From contig CAYMED010000016.1 in the NCBI GenBank assembly GCA_964389655.1, positions 1 through 62,640 on the forward strand: a stretch of DNA of 62,640 nt. Reading direction: 5' to 3'. The notes beneath the pieces were generated by a model that saw only the letters and a program-made list of their open reading frames with translations, had not been told where the DNA came from and did not search any database. Position numbers and translations under genes: made by a program. The stretch comes from an uncultured Candidatus Poseidoniales archaeon. GTDB taxonomy: Archaea; Thermoplasmatota; Poseidoniia; Poseidoniales; CAYMED01. Shown here piece after piece: positions 9,514-19,751 of this stretch (within the stretch, counting starts at the first letter, position 1; each line of letters opens with the position of its first letter).

Positions 9514-10675
9514 TCACCCCTCCACTGATTTCATCAACAAGATGTGATATTTTAGATTTGAAATGTTCAACTGAAAAGTCAGTAGCGCGTGTCTTCCCTG
9601 TTTTCCGAAACTTTCTCCATTCTTTCCCATCATAGCGTGAGACATTCTTCAAGAGGTCTGCGATCTCATCTGATGTATCAAATCCTTTGACCCATTTCCC
9701 TTCATCGCCTATGTCGTACCAAGGTCCCCCATTTCGGCGTACAATTGGAAGCAATCCAGCAGCCAATCCTTCCACTACTGCAATTCCGAATGGTTCAGCC
9801 GCGTGGCCATGAAGAAGCACATCTGATTTGGAGAGTGCTTTTTTGACATCGGATAATGGGGCATCTTTCCAGATGGTGATGCGATCGTCGAGTCCATAGA
9901 TCTCAATTTTCTCATGAAATTTTTTCAGCCATTTTTCATCACGGCATATTCCAATCAGTTGCCAATGAATTGATGATGGTGATTTTCGGATGCCCTCTAG
10001 AAGCTGTTCTAGACCTTTGTCAGGGGTCAGCGATCCAAGTGTGAGGACTCTTGTGGTTTCGTCATTTCTAATTTTACTCAATGTGATATGATTGATTTCA
10101 ACAGGGGGGTGGATGATGTCATATTCACCACGTTCCCATGCCATTTCACATGCATTTTTGCACATCAATGAGTTACAAATTACCCTCTCTGCTAGAAAAT
10201 TTCCTTTTCCAATCACGTTCAACATCATTCTCTTTTGGAAAGGAAATACGAATTTCTGCAAGACTCCTTTCCTTGGCGTAATGTACTCTCGATTCCGCAA
10301 TTTAATTTCTAATGGATAATGCGCATAAACTAGATCCTTACGTCCTGTTTGGCGCTTTCCAATTCTCTGGACATCATCACTCCAAATGGACCACCCATTT
10401 CCTTCTTTTCTCTCGATTTCTTTGCATAGCCGGAGCCATCTATAATATCGGATGGAGGGGCTCTTTGACGTTTTCAAAGGAGATGCTATGTTCAGTTTTG
10501 ATACATCTAAACCCCACATATCTTGTATTTTTTTTGGATCCACTTCTTCGCCTAAAATGAGTTGTATGTCGTGCCCCTTTCGATGAATAATCTCAGCAAT
10601 GGTGAACATTGTCCTGTTTCCACCCCCCATGTCGGCCGGTTCGGGCAACATGAGAAGAAACATGACATAACCCAT
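9500..10675 (-). CDS. GT4 glycosyltransferase, ALG11-like
   Basis: GGGNR, YAHYP, NS, IIHPPV, EPFGIAVVEGLAAG, GGPWYDI. Confidence 0.85.
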   Translation of the reverse strand: MGYVMFLLMLPEPADMGGGNRTMFTIAEIIHRKGHDIQLILGEEVDPKKIQDMWGLDVSKLNIASPLKTSKSPSIRYYRWLRLCKEIERKEGNGWSIWSDDVQRIGKRQTGRKDLVYAHYPLEIKLRNREYITPRKGVLQKFVFPFQKRMMLNVIGKGNFLAERVICNSLMCKNACEMAWERGEYDIIHPPVEINHITLSKIRNDETTRVLTLGSLTPDKGLEQLLEGIRKSPSSIHWQLIGICRDEKWLKKFHEKIEIYGLDDRITIWKDAPLSDVKKALSKSDVLLHGHAAEPFGIAVVEGLAAGLLPIVRRNGGPWYDIGDEGKWVKGFDTSDEIADLLKNVSRYDGKEWRKFRKTGKTRATDFSVEHFKSKISHLVDEISGGVSEHE

Positions 10676-10995
10676 CCGATTTGTGTTCTTATGACCTCGG
10701 TCGAATTAATGATGTACAAAATGCAACTCGAAGTTAACTGATTCCAACGCCGAGAACCATCGATGCAGCAACAAAATGGATCAAGATCACCTGTATCAAT
10801 TCAGCTGAGTTAAGTCTGTAAAACAATGACAAGCGGCTCAAATCCAATTCTTGCTAGCGCGCCAATTGCATACGCCAGCGAATGAATGATGTAGCGCTGA
10901 ACCCGTAGTGGAAAGAAGAACAAAGGACATCTATGTCAATCTCGTCAAAATTATATATTGAACATTGCTTTTTCCATTCAGATTCATAATTTTAT

Positions 10996-11676
10996 TCAAG
11001 GGTGCTGCAGGATTCCATATCCATTAGGTGTCCAATTCGTCTTTCCTTTTACTTCTCTGCAGAAATGGAAGAAAGACTGGTTTACACCCGTGTCATCTGA
11101 CATCAGCCACCCTCCTGTCTTTAGATGTGGCCAAGCATCTCTAAATTCCTGCATCATGAATTCATACGTGTGTAGGCTGTCATGGATGAAGAGGTCGACT
11201 GGAGCGAGTTTATCCATCAATGCAGGAAGCAATTCAGTACTATCTCCTGTATGAATTGTCCATTGTTTCCGATACTCTTCCGGAACAAGCCATCCAGGTG
11301 TTTTTCCATCCCCTAATTCGCTCAAAAACTCGATGGAATGGAGGTGTCCGTTACCATTTTCTTTAAGTGCTGCAAGAGCAAATAATGATGAAAATCCATT
11401 ATCAATTCCAGTTTCAACAACAATGTTTGGTTTTAATATTCGAATAATTGTGTATAGATCAGGCTGACGCATAGCAGAAAGATCTCTACCAGTTTCATTC
11501 CCTGCATGGTGGAGAAGTTTTGTAGCATCCAATTCTTTCAAGAAATCAGTCCGCATTTTTGCAGTAATCGATAAGTTTCTGTTGAAGCGATTTGATCTCT
11601 GGATATATCTTAGCGCTGAAATGGGGTGATTAAGCGCTAAAAGGGCATGATATGCGAGTTGTTTTATCCCCCACAT
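10996..11676 (-). CDS. Class I SAM-dependent methyltransferase (Methyltransf_24-like)
   Basis: VVETGI..GFSS, G.LHSI, GWLVPE, GDS, DLFIHDSLHTYE.M..E, LKTGG.L.SDD. Confidence 0.85.
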   Translation of the reverse strand: MWGIKQLAYHALLALNHPISALRYIQRSNRFNRNLSITAKMRTDFLKELDATKLLHHAGNETGRDLSAMRQPDLYTIIRILKPNIVVETGIDNGFSSLFALAALKENGNGHLHSIEFLSELGDGKTPGWLVPEEYRKQWTIHTGDSTELLPALMDKLAPVDLFIHDSLHTYEFMMQEFRDAWPHLKTGGWLMSDDTGVNQSFFHFCREVKGKTNWTPNGYGILQHP

Positions 11677-11733
11677 GCAGATTCCCTGTCGACTCGGCCG
11701 GGGGTTTCGATAATAAGAAGGCCGGGCTCAACA

Positions 11734-12531
11734 GTGCATTCTGTTCTAGACTCTCGCAACAAGTATGAGAACCGGCACCCTAAGCACTCCTATGTGATCA
11801 GTGCCACCACTCCTGTGATCATCACTGGCATATTGACTATATTTCTCCCACCACAGTGGTTCCCCTTTGACATTTTTTTGAGGCTTTTCTGGTTACTTGG
11901 ACTCTATATTCTAATGAAACGTAGTGGCTGGCCGAATTTTTTAGCAATGAGTTGGATCTTTGGCTCCCTCCTCCTCTTTGGTTTTCTATTTGTATTGATT
12001 TTCAACACGCCACAAATTGCACTTCCCTTTCTCAGTCTTCTATTGCTGATTCCAATTTCGAAGGAGGCTGAGCCCTCATTGAATGCTCGAAAAAATCTTC
12101 TTCCTTGGCCGGAATCATCGGCAAATTGGCTTTTAATCAGTTGCGTTGCCCTTGTCCTTTTTGCTGTATCCATTTCATTCTTCTTAGCTCCAGATTCGGG
12201 ACCATCAGATCTCAGCATTGCACTTCTGAATTCTGATGGCCAATATCCTAGAACTTCGGATCTCGATCAATTGGGTATAGATTCTAGTCATGCATTTCAT
12301 CTTCGTCTAGGGTCAGAGCATCAAGTTATTTTGCGTTTAACATCGGATAATTATTCATCAGTGCCAATAGGTGGCCTTGCTTTGACACCAAATACTTCAA
12401 TTCAAATTGGAGGAATCGGAACTCATTCTTTCACAATTCAATCGAATGAAACAGGTATGTTCAATGTCGAAGCACTCAATGCAGACACAAGTGAGTTGAT
12501 TCTAGAGATGAAGGTCCGATTTGTTGCTTAA
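11734..12531 (+). CDS. Hypothetical membrane protein (about 5 TM helices plus C-terminal beta-rich domain; DUF1616-like layout)
   Basis: Long ORF with hydrophobic segments. The ORF track start at 11647 overlaps the divergent gene, so the GTG at 11734 or later is likelier. Confidence 0.55.
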   Translation: MHSVLDSRNKYENRHPKHSYVISATTPVIITGILTIFLPPQWFPFDIFLRLFWLLGLYILMKRSGWPNFLAMSWIFGSLLLFGFLFVLIFNTPQIALPFLSLLLLIPISKEAEPSLNARKNLLPWPESSANWLLISCVALVLFAVSISFFLAPDSGPSDLSIALLNSDGQYPRTSDLDQLGIDSSHAFHLRLGSEHQVILRLTSDNYSSVPIGGLALTPNTSIQIGGIGTHSFTIQSNETGMFNVEALNADTSELILEMKVRFVA

Positions 12532-15318
12532 TCAAGCCAAGAGGCGTTCGCTCCAAAGATACATCTCGAAATCACCTTCTCGGGCTAGGATCGCACTCCA
12601 ATTTGCAGTTGTATCATGGCCTAATCGATCATTTGATCGTAGATAATAACCCTCTTTTAAGTGACTGGGGATATGTGGCTGATTATAGGCAATATTTTGC
12701 ACTCCAGAATCCGTATCTCGCCACTCCCCAATTGGGAGCAATTCTAATTTGTCGTCAACAGAATATAATTTGAGGTGCTTTTCTAAAGTTTCATCTGCGT
12801 GAGGGTTTGAATCCTTGTCATAAACCACGAATCCATCCTGTATTGGATCAATCACGTTCTCAAAAGAATCCAATTCGTGTTTTGTCCAAGGGTCTCCATT
12901 TTCCAAATATTGTGATACATGCGCGATTTGAAAAACAGCAAAAACGCAGACTGCAAGAATCGCGTATTTTTTCCGATTTTTGAGACTCTTTTCTTCACGA
13001 GTAACATTTTCTTCCATCCCCCCTAAATCTAGGAGGATTGCAAGACCGACAGCCAATAGGAGCCGATCCATCCACAATGACATTGTTGTAACCAAAAAGA
13101 TTGGTGATAGAAGCACTAGACTGACTAGCCCACTCGAAGTTTTTCGTTTGATTCCATTTTTTTGTATGTTGATCATGATTGTGATGATTAATGCAACAAT
13201 CAAGGCCACTTCAATCCTGCGCAGCAAAGAGTAGTAATGAGGAGGGACTGAAAAAAATGTATGGAATATACGTTGTACTGACTGTTTAAATTGTGGTATT
13301 TGGATATTTGTTTCAACGAGTGGCCAGAGAAAGAATCCCAAAAGAGCAAGAGCAAAGAAGAACAAAACCCATTTTTGTGTTCTTCTTCTGTGATGCTTAT
13401 TTTGCTTCCTTCCATTGGATGAATTTCGCAGATTTGTAAACACAGATCCTACAAGTGTGCTACCAACCCATATCAAAACAAATCCCGACCATATGGGGTG
13501 TGTGATGATTAGTGCGCAGATTGGGGGAACAATCCACCATGCATTCCACATCTCAAGTGTATCCATATCATGCCATGCAAGCACACAAATCAGAATCAAA
13601 ATAAGTGCTGCAATCGATGGAGACCACACTGACCAAGTCCAAAGAGTGAAAGATGACAAGACTAGGACGAGCGCAATGACTGTCCAGTGTGTAGGCATCG
13701 ATTTTGCAATTAAAGTTGTGAATAGAATCCCAATCGTTACCACGCTAGCGGTTCCCAACACCGACCATAGCAACCACGCCGTTCTAGGAGAGAGGTCTGC
13801 TGGATGAAAAATGGATAACAAGGAGTGGAATCCACCCGCATATAGGTGGTATGCGTTCTTTGGAATCCATGAATCTTCCCAAAAACCCATTGTCAATCCC
13901 TCCCCTTGAAGAATGGACATCGAATAACTTAGGTGTAACAAACTGTCATGTGGGCCAAAAGGTAAACAAATTTGGAGTGTAATTGGCAAGAGCAGACACC
14001 AACCGCATAGTACTGCATAGACTTGTGAGGTGGGTGCTTGAATCCAATCATCTTCGATGGATCTATGAACTAAAATAGGCATGGGGGCCGCCCATGCTAT
14101 TGCTATGGCAACATATGAGTTTGCGCGGATTGAAAGAAAAATGCAAGATGCTGCTGCGAAGATGAATACTAACAATTCAGTTGGCGTAAGCGGGGACCAT
14201 AGGCTCATCTTTCTTGATGGATAATTTTGATTGTCATTCTTATCCTGTGATTGATCACCCCCTCCATCTAGATGATCACTCACTTTTCTTTTCCATTCCT
14301 CAACTGGCGCCTCAGGATGAACAAGAGATAGCAATGGATCTTTATCTTGATAATGCATTGAACCAACATTTGATGAAATAACATGACAACCATTTGCCTT
14401 TGCTTCAAGAATTGTCAGTGGTGGGTCAAGTGCGCCTCTGGAATCAATAAATGGCATGATGGTAATTGCAGATGCGGAATAGACATCTGCCGGCTCATCT
14501 AGGTGCCCGATGACGGTATGGGGGATCTCAAGGGACTCTAGTTTCTTTATGGCCTCACTTCGCCAGTGATCTGACCACTCTTCTAGTGGTGAATTTTCTT
14601 TGTCAGGCCAAGCAAGAATAATATGGTCAAGTTGACCTTTTTTTATGGCATATGTGAGGAGGTCTAATGCCATCTCAGGCCTTCTAGCCGGCGTAGTGCG
14701 CCCAATATGAAGTCCAACTTTTGCATCCTCGTGGATTCCATATTGCTCAAATAAATCTCTTTTTCTCTTCTCTTTATCATCATCCTCAATATGCCCGGCA
14801 TTTGGGGGTATGACAGTACAATTAAGATTGGGTGCCACACGCCGGACTGTTTCAGCAGCAACATGAGATGGCGTCACAATTTCATCAACATTAAAGCGAA
14901 GATGGGTAATTGAAGCAAGTCCCTTGAGTCGTTTAGCGAATGCATTTCCCCCGTGCCAGTGGCTCCATTGCAATCTCGGAATTCCCCAAATAATTCCATG
15001 CTCACTTCTTCGCTTTTGTAATTCTCGAAGCACTTTCCTCTGTTCTCGAATTCCCAAGCAAAGCCATGCCGTTCCCCCTTTAATTGCGGGCAATTTCTCT
15101 CCCCATTGATTTGGTACTCCCGATAGTGTCTCAATTCCAGTCATGGAGCGATCGTGTTCAATTTGTCGTATGGGAATAGACGACGATACATGCTCCAGCA
15201 ACTGCCGCATCCACTTTTCTTCTCCATCAAACCCATCATCACTCACCCCTTGTACCAAAACACCTCCAATTTCTAGACCACTGGCCCTGATGGTATTTGG
15301 TGCAGTGTGATCTCCCAT
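12532..15318 (-). CDS. Fusion protein: divergent GT4/GT-B domain plus multi-pass (GT-C-like) membrane domain
   Basis: N-terminal half has VIPP, HIGR..PARR and DPPLTILEAKANG.VISSNVG. C-terminal half has more than 10 hydrophobic segments and a HD..LH...YAGGFH loop. The start is probably the ATG at 15318 (ORF track 15396). Confidence 0.65.
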   Translation of the reverse strand: MGDHTAPNTIRASGLEIGGVLVQGVSDDGFDGEEKWMRQLLEHVSSSIPIRQIEHDRSMTGIETLSGVPNQWGEKLPAIKGGTAWLCLGIREQRKVLRELQKRRSEHGIIWGIPRLQWSHWHGGNAFAKRLKGLASITHLRFNVDEIVTPSHVAAETVRRVAPNLNCTVIPPNAGHIEDDDKEKRKRDLFEQYGIHEDAKVGLHIGRTTPARRPEMALDLLTYAIKKGQLDHIILAWPDKENSPLEEWSDHWRSEAIKKLESLEIPHTVIGHLDEPADVYSASAITIMPFIDSRGALDPPLTILEAKANGCHVISSNVGSMHYQDKDPLLSLVHPEAPVEEWKRKVSDHLDGGGDQSQDKNDNQNYPSRKMSLWSPLTPTELLVFIFAAASCIFLSIRANSYVAIAIAWAAPMPILVHRSIEDDWIQAPTSQVYAVLCGWCLLLPITLQICLPFGPHDSLLHLSYSMSILQGEGLTMGFWEDSWIPKNAYHLYAGGFHSLLSIFHPADLSPRTAWLLWSVLGTASVVTIGILFTTLIAKSMPTHWTVIALVLVLSSFTLWTWSVWSPSIAALILILICVLAWHDMDTLEMWNAWWIVPPICALIITHPIWSGFVLIWVGSTLVGSVFTNLRNSSNGRKQNKHHRRRTQKWVLFFFALALLGFFLWPLVETNIQIPQFKQSVQRIFHTFFSVPPHYYSLLRRIEVALIVALIITIMINIQKNGIKRKTSSGLVSLVLLSPIFLVTTMSLWMDRLLLAVGLAILLDLGGMEENVTREEKSLKNRKKYAILAVCVFAVFQIAHVSQYLENGDPWTKHELDSFENVIDPIQDGFVVYDKDSNPHADETLEKHLKLYSVDDKLELLPIGEWRDTDSGVQNIAYNQPHIPSHLKEGYYLRSNDRLGHDTTANWSAILAREGDFEMYLWSERLLA

Positions 15319-15337
15319 CCCTGTGCCCCCATGCTGA

Positions 15338-17089
15338 TTAATTGTGGTTCTCCATTTCCCATCCAGATAAATGATTGCCATTTGCTGAGTGTTCAAACCC
15401 AGGAATCGGTGAAAATCCCATTCCCTTCATATGTGCCTGAAAATTATCATCAGCGACAGGAAATAATGATGGGTGGGTAAATATTGCCACATGTGTGGAA
15501 TGGAGAGATATGTTAGTGATTCTTGCCCCAAATGAATCGACATTTGCTTGAGCGCAGGGGAGATCATGGGCGCAACTGTGAGCTCCTAATTCATATATCT
15601 CCGATTTTACCTCTCCGTGTGCTGAATGGACTAATATGTCATGGATTAGATTCGTATTGTGGATGATGATTGTGATACGATTTCCAGATTCAATTTTCTG
15701 ATTGGACCATTCTAGTATTTCTTCCGCATGTTCCCATGAAGGGGTACCATTTTGTTCCCAACTTGAATTTCCAATCCCAACAAGAAGGGGTGCCATCAAA
15801 ACCATTGTGCAAACAATGACGGAGAAGCTTCTCATCCGACCCAATGCCTCAATTTTTCCTAATGTCTTTGGAAGTTGCCCCTTAGCCAGATAATCCAGTG
15901 TACGCAAACTGAGCAAGACATACAGGCATGGCAATATTGGGCTGTATCTAGGATGCTGGACACCTGGACTGACATATTGCGCGAAATATTGGAACACAAA
16001 TGCACCAATAATAACAATCCAAATCACAATGAGTGTGTCTTGTGGATTTTCCAGCCGCTTGTGTTTTTCTTCCTCCATTCCTTCTTTATTCAATGGAATA
16101 AATGGACTTGCAATGATGAGGGGTAGGACAAACCAAAATGGATGCACTGGCAAATACATTTGGTAAGCATGAAAATATCCACTTGTAAGGGCGAAGGCTA
16201 ACGCAACAGGTCCTTGAATCCAAACCCCATCAGTTGGCAGGGTAGATCCTTGTTGTTCCCTTAGTAAGAACACGTTCAGGGATGTAATTGCAAATAACAG
16301 TATGAATGGCGAAAATGGCGCCAAACGCCGAAAAATTGTGTTATGATCATCCCGCCTCCATTCAACTCCTGCAATGAGCATTAGAAGAAATGCTCCATAT
16401 ACATACGTTGGAACATGAGTTGAAAATGCGAGGATAAGTGCTGTAATGCTGATCACAAGGCATTTTCTCGTACATCTCTCAAGATGTCTTTCAGCAATGA
16501 TTCTCTCCATTGCGATAATACACACAACTGTTGTGAAGAAAATTAAGGCATATCCATGTGCCTCAAATGCATAACTATTCGGTATGGGGAGGAGCACAAT
16601 TATCGATACACTCAGCACCGCGATTGGACGAGAAAACCCTAGTCTTCGAGAGAGACCATACAAGAGTGCGATTCCAGCAGCAGTTACTAACGTATTTGGC
16701 ATGATAAGTCCCCATAACCGGTGTGGATAAGCCCCTTTGAATAGTTGAAGAGAAATGTAATTTATTACCTCGTTGAGATATGGGAGACCATTACTGATTC
16801 GTCCCAACACATGGGAAAAAAGAAACAATGGGCTGCAATTATTTGTGACCTGTGAATTCACTTTTTCACAAGTGATAGAAGATGCAAGGTTCCAATCATA
16901 TTCGATGAGGTTTGAGAAATATCTTGGATGTTCAATATTTATCCACAAATACAAAATTGTTAGAATTGAGAATATGAATAAACTGATTTTAGTATCTGTT
17001 TTTATCTGCTTAATGTGTTGAATTGATCTTCCCATTAGGGTCATCAGATAATGCTCTGAAAAGGCCTCATCCGCTTCATCACCAGCCAT
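15338..17089 (-). CDS. Multi-pass membrane protein, GT-C/PMT-like glycosyltransferase
   Basis: Acidic first loop (EYD), PLF, YAFEAHGYAL (compare EaR.Yal), late PRY motif, about 11 TM helices and a soluble C-terminal domain. Confidence 0.55.
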   Translation of the reverse strand: MAGDEADEAFSEHYLMTLMGRSIQHIKQIKTDTKISLFIFSILTILYLWINIEHPRYFSNLIEYDWNLASSITCEKVNSQVTNNCSPLFLFSHVLGRISNGLPYLNEVINYISLQLFKGAYPHRLWGLIMPNTLVTAAGIALLYGLSRRLGFSRPIAVLSVSIIVLLPIPNSYAFEAHGYALIFFTTVVCIIAMERIIAERHLERCTRKCLVISITALILAFSTHVPTYVYGAFLLMLIAGVEWRRDDHNTIFRRLAPFSPFILLFAITSLNVFLLREQQGSTLPTDGVWIQGPVALAFALTSGYFHAYQMYLPVHPFWFVLPLIIASPFIPLNKEGMEEEKHKRLENPQDTLIVIWIVIIGAFVFQYFAQYVSPGVQHPRYSPILPCLYVLLSLRTLDYLAKGQLPKTLGKIEALGRMRSFSVIVCTMVLMAPLLVGIGNSSWEQNGTPSWEHAEEILEWSNQKIESGNRITIIIHNTNLIHDILVHSAHGEVKSEIYELGAHSCAHDLPCAQANVDSFGARITNISLHSTHVAIFTHPSLFPVADDNFQAHMKGMGFSPIPGFEHSANGNHLSGWEMENHN

Positions 17090-17093
17090 GATA

Positions 17094-18614
17094 TCACCTT
17101 TGAATTAACTCACAAGGCATGACTTCTCCACCGAGTCGATGGCCTGACCAGTGCGCAGATTCAGGATACCAGACGTGATCAGAATTGTCAAAGTGGAGTA
17201 TCAATACATCACCAGTGCATACTGGAGGGGTGTTTGGTCCAATGCTTTCAAAATATTTTGCATCTGGCCAATAGAATTTTGCAGCGGGTTCATGATACAC
17301 GGTATCTGACCAAACAAGTGTAATATTTCCTTTCGAGTGGCTCCATTTTTGCAGTTCTACAAACGATGGATTTTCATCACTGAATAGGTTTGAACCACAT
17401 GCATAGGGTGCGGGCAATAGGCAGATGATCAAGGCGATCATTGTAGCGTATGGGTATTTTTGATCCCACCAAACAAGTGCCCGCAACCCATAATCCAGCC
17501 AAATCGTACAACACATGATCATCAGCGGGATAGCAGCTGAATAATATCGGCTTGTGAGGGTGGGTACCATCACGAGACTCATGATCAATTGGATGGATGG
17601 CCACAAAAACGCAGGTGCAGCACTGCTAGAAGGAATCCATCCACCGCGAATAAATCCAAAGCCCATTATGAGAACCATGATGGCTCCACTCACAACAATC
17701 AATAATGGCGTTCCCGCATGAAATTCTCGAGCATGGCTAATCAGTATCAGCCCTTGTCCAAGCACTGCTGCGATTGTGGGTTCTGGGATGTAAAAGTCCG
17801 CTACCACATGGCTGAATTTTGCGCGATAAAATGTGACAGCCCTTATTGTACTTGGAGAAAGGATGGTGAGCAATATTGCAATCGTTCGCAAATGGGTTGC
17901 AAGTAGGGAAAGCAGTGGAACTTGATCCCTTCTCCAATTGTTGATGAGGTCCAAAACAAGGGGCAGGTGGAGAATAACGATCAATGGGGCAAAAAAGGGC
18001 TGTATTAGAAGCGATAGCGAAGCGGCAAGGCCCCATTTGAAAACCCGCCCATTCCCTTCACGTAGGAGACACAATTCTTCAAAGAGCCACCAAATAAGAA
18101 GGGTAGAGAATGCCCACACTCGTAAGAGATGTGCGAGCCCTAAGATCGATGTGTTACAACCATAAACAATTAGCCAAATAAATTGGGCACGCCGCCCATG
18201 CCCTCGTTTTTCTAACCAGCTTGTTCCTCGCAATGCAATAATCCAAAGGGATAGCGAAGAAACAAATCTAAGCGCAACAAGCTGGCCTAAAGATGTTGTT
18301 TCCTGCCCGCTTATTCCTTCCCATGAAAACGAAATAAAAGCCAAGATGATGTTGTAGAGATGTGGTATCGTGGGTTCGGAAAACCAGTAATTTAGTCCAT
18401 TTTCCCCAGATTTTATTCCCGCAACACGAATCAGGGTTGCTGATTCATCTCCCCATAAATCTTCTACAATGGATTGAGATAAATATGCTACACCAAGGGC
18501 GCCTAATATCATCCATTTAAGCCAAGGATGCAACATGTCGTGTCTCTCTTCTTTGTCTGTTGTGGGGGCATCACCTTCATGCCCAGCCTTCATAATGTAA
18601 CCGAATCTTCGCAC
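17094..18614 (-). CDS. Multi-pass membrane protein, GT-C/PMT-like glycosyltransferase
   Basis: DLWGDE after TM1 (typical GT-C acidic motif), PHLYNIIL, LRFVS, LRVWAF, SRYY. Confidence 0.7.
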   Translation of the reverse strand: MRRFGYIMKAGHEGDAPTTDKEERHDMLHPWLKWMILGALGVAYLSQSIVEDLWGDESATLIRVAGIKSGENGLNYWFSEPTIPHLYNIILAFISFSWEGISGQETTSLGQLVALRFVSSLSLWIIALRGTSWLEKRGHGRRAQFIWLIVYGCNTSILGLAHLLRVWAFSTLLIWWLFEELCLLREGNGRVFKWGLAASLSLLIQPFFAPLIVILHLPLVLDLINNWRRDQVPLLSLLATHLRTIAILLTILSPSTIRAVTFYRAKFSHVVADFYIPEPTIAAVLGQGLILISHAREFHAGTPLLIVVSGAIMVLIMGFGFIRGGWIPSSSAAPAFLWPSIQLIMSLVMVPTLTSRYYSAAIPLMIMCCTIWLDYGLRALVWWDQKYPYATMIALIICLLPAPYACGSNLFSDENPSFVELQKWSHSKGNITLVWSDTVYHEPAAKFYWPDAKYFESIGPNTPPVCTGDVLILHFDNSDHVWYPESAHWSGHRLGGEVMPCELIQR

Positions 18615-18713
18615 ATTGATAACCTCCGCTGAATAATTGTGCTCTCTCGAACCGATTATTCCTGCAAATTCTCAATCGGCAGAGCCTTCAATCCATCCAT
18701 GTTGGAGTGGGCA

Positions 18714-19748
18714 ATGCCAGCAGAAAGGGTCCTTACAGGTCCGGTTTCAGAATGGTTAGGCCGCATTCCTCTCGATCAGGCTAGAGCATGGGTTCGAGAA
18801 AATTCTCTTGCCTTAGAGGCCGCACTCGACCACCCGTCTCTTTTTCCAGGTACTCAACGCATATCTGCTGAAGATCCCGAAGGGGAGATTAAGCGCAGAA
18901 AACGTGATTTGCAATTCGTTATAATGGCACAAAGAAAACTTGAGGGTGCTGGTATCCTTACCCTCCCAATCAAAACGGCACGTGATCACCCAACTTGGGG
19001 CGAAGATGTAGATTTATTGTTAATCGGTGGGCCACCTGACCTCCGAAAAGCAACCTCGATTTTGAAAACTCTAGATTATACACCCTCGAAGCACGATATA
19101 AATGCGGTCAAGTATATCCATCCATCAAATTTCCACTTGGAATTATATCCACGCATCACATGGAAAGGTGGTTTTCCAGTTGTTCCATCACAAAGTGTTT
19201 GGTCGAGAAAGCAACCTTGGATTATCGAGGGCCATGAACTTCAACGCCCCAGTCGAACCGATGAAGTAACGATTGATGCCTCAACACGTGTCCTCCGCGA
19301 CCATCGCTTGCGCTTGGATGCCTTTCTCTCAATTTATAGGGCATTTTCAGAAGGCTTAGACCAGTCCTCGCTCGATGAGGCAGTTGACCATGGATGGAGC
19401 CTACAACTAGGTACTTTGCTTGAATGGTCAATTCGTATTGCAAATTTTATTCCAGATGAACTCAAGCAATCATGGAATTTACCCGCCCCTTCAGCGTTCA
19501 TCAAACAAAACCTTCCATATCACAAAGGATGGATAAAACTCATGCCCATTCCTCAAGAACAAGCAACTGAAACGTGGCTCGAGTTTTGGCCGCCGATATT
19601 GCCTAGACGGCTGATGTTTAGAATTTGGATGAGGAAATTATTCGCCGATGCTCTTTCTTTTCGAAGAATGCGCCACGTACCAAGACAAACGATTCAATTC
19701 TGTCGACACTTTACTTGGCATACATTTCAGTACCTGAAGGGAAGGTGA
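18714..19748 (+). CDS. Uncharacterised nucleotidyltransferase (NTP_transf_5-like, pol-beta superfamily)
   Basis: GI..LPIK....H..GEDVDLL (DxD) and HLELY. The start could be 18639, 18699 or 18714. Confidence 0.65.
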   Translation: MPAERVLTGPVSEWLGRIPLDQARAWVRENSLALEAALDHPSLFPGTQRISAEDPEGEIKRRKRDLQFVIMAQRKLEGAGILTLPIKTARDHPTWGEDVDLLLIGGPPDLRKATSILKTLDYTPSKHDINAVKYIHPSNFHLELYPRITWKGGFPVVPSQSVWSRKQPWIIEGHELQRPSRTDEVTIDASTRVLRDHRLRLDAFLSIYRAFSEGLDQSSLDEAVDHGWSLQLGTLLEWSIRIANFIPDELKQSWNLPAPSAFIKQNLPYHKGWIKLMPIPQEQATETWLEFWPPILPRRLMFRIWMRKLFADALSFRRMRHVPRQTIQFCRHFTWHTFQYLKGR

Positions 19749-19751
19749 ATT

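Noticed and set aside
10676-10995. 320-nt gap between co-oriented genes
   Set aside because: No credible ORF, repeat or RNA structure was recognised.
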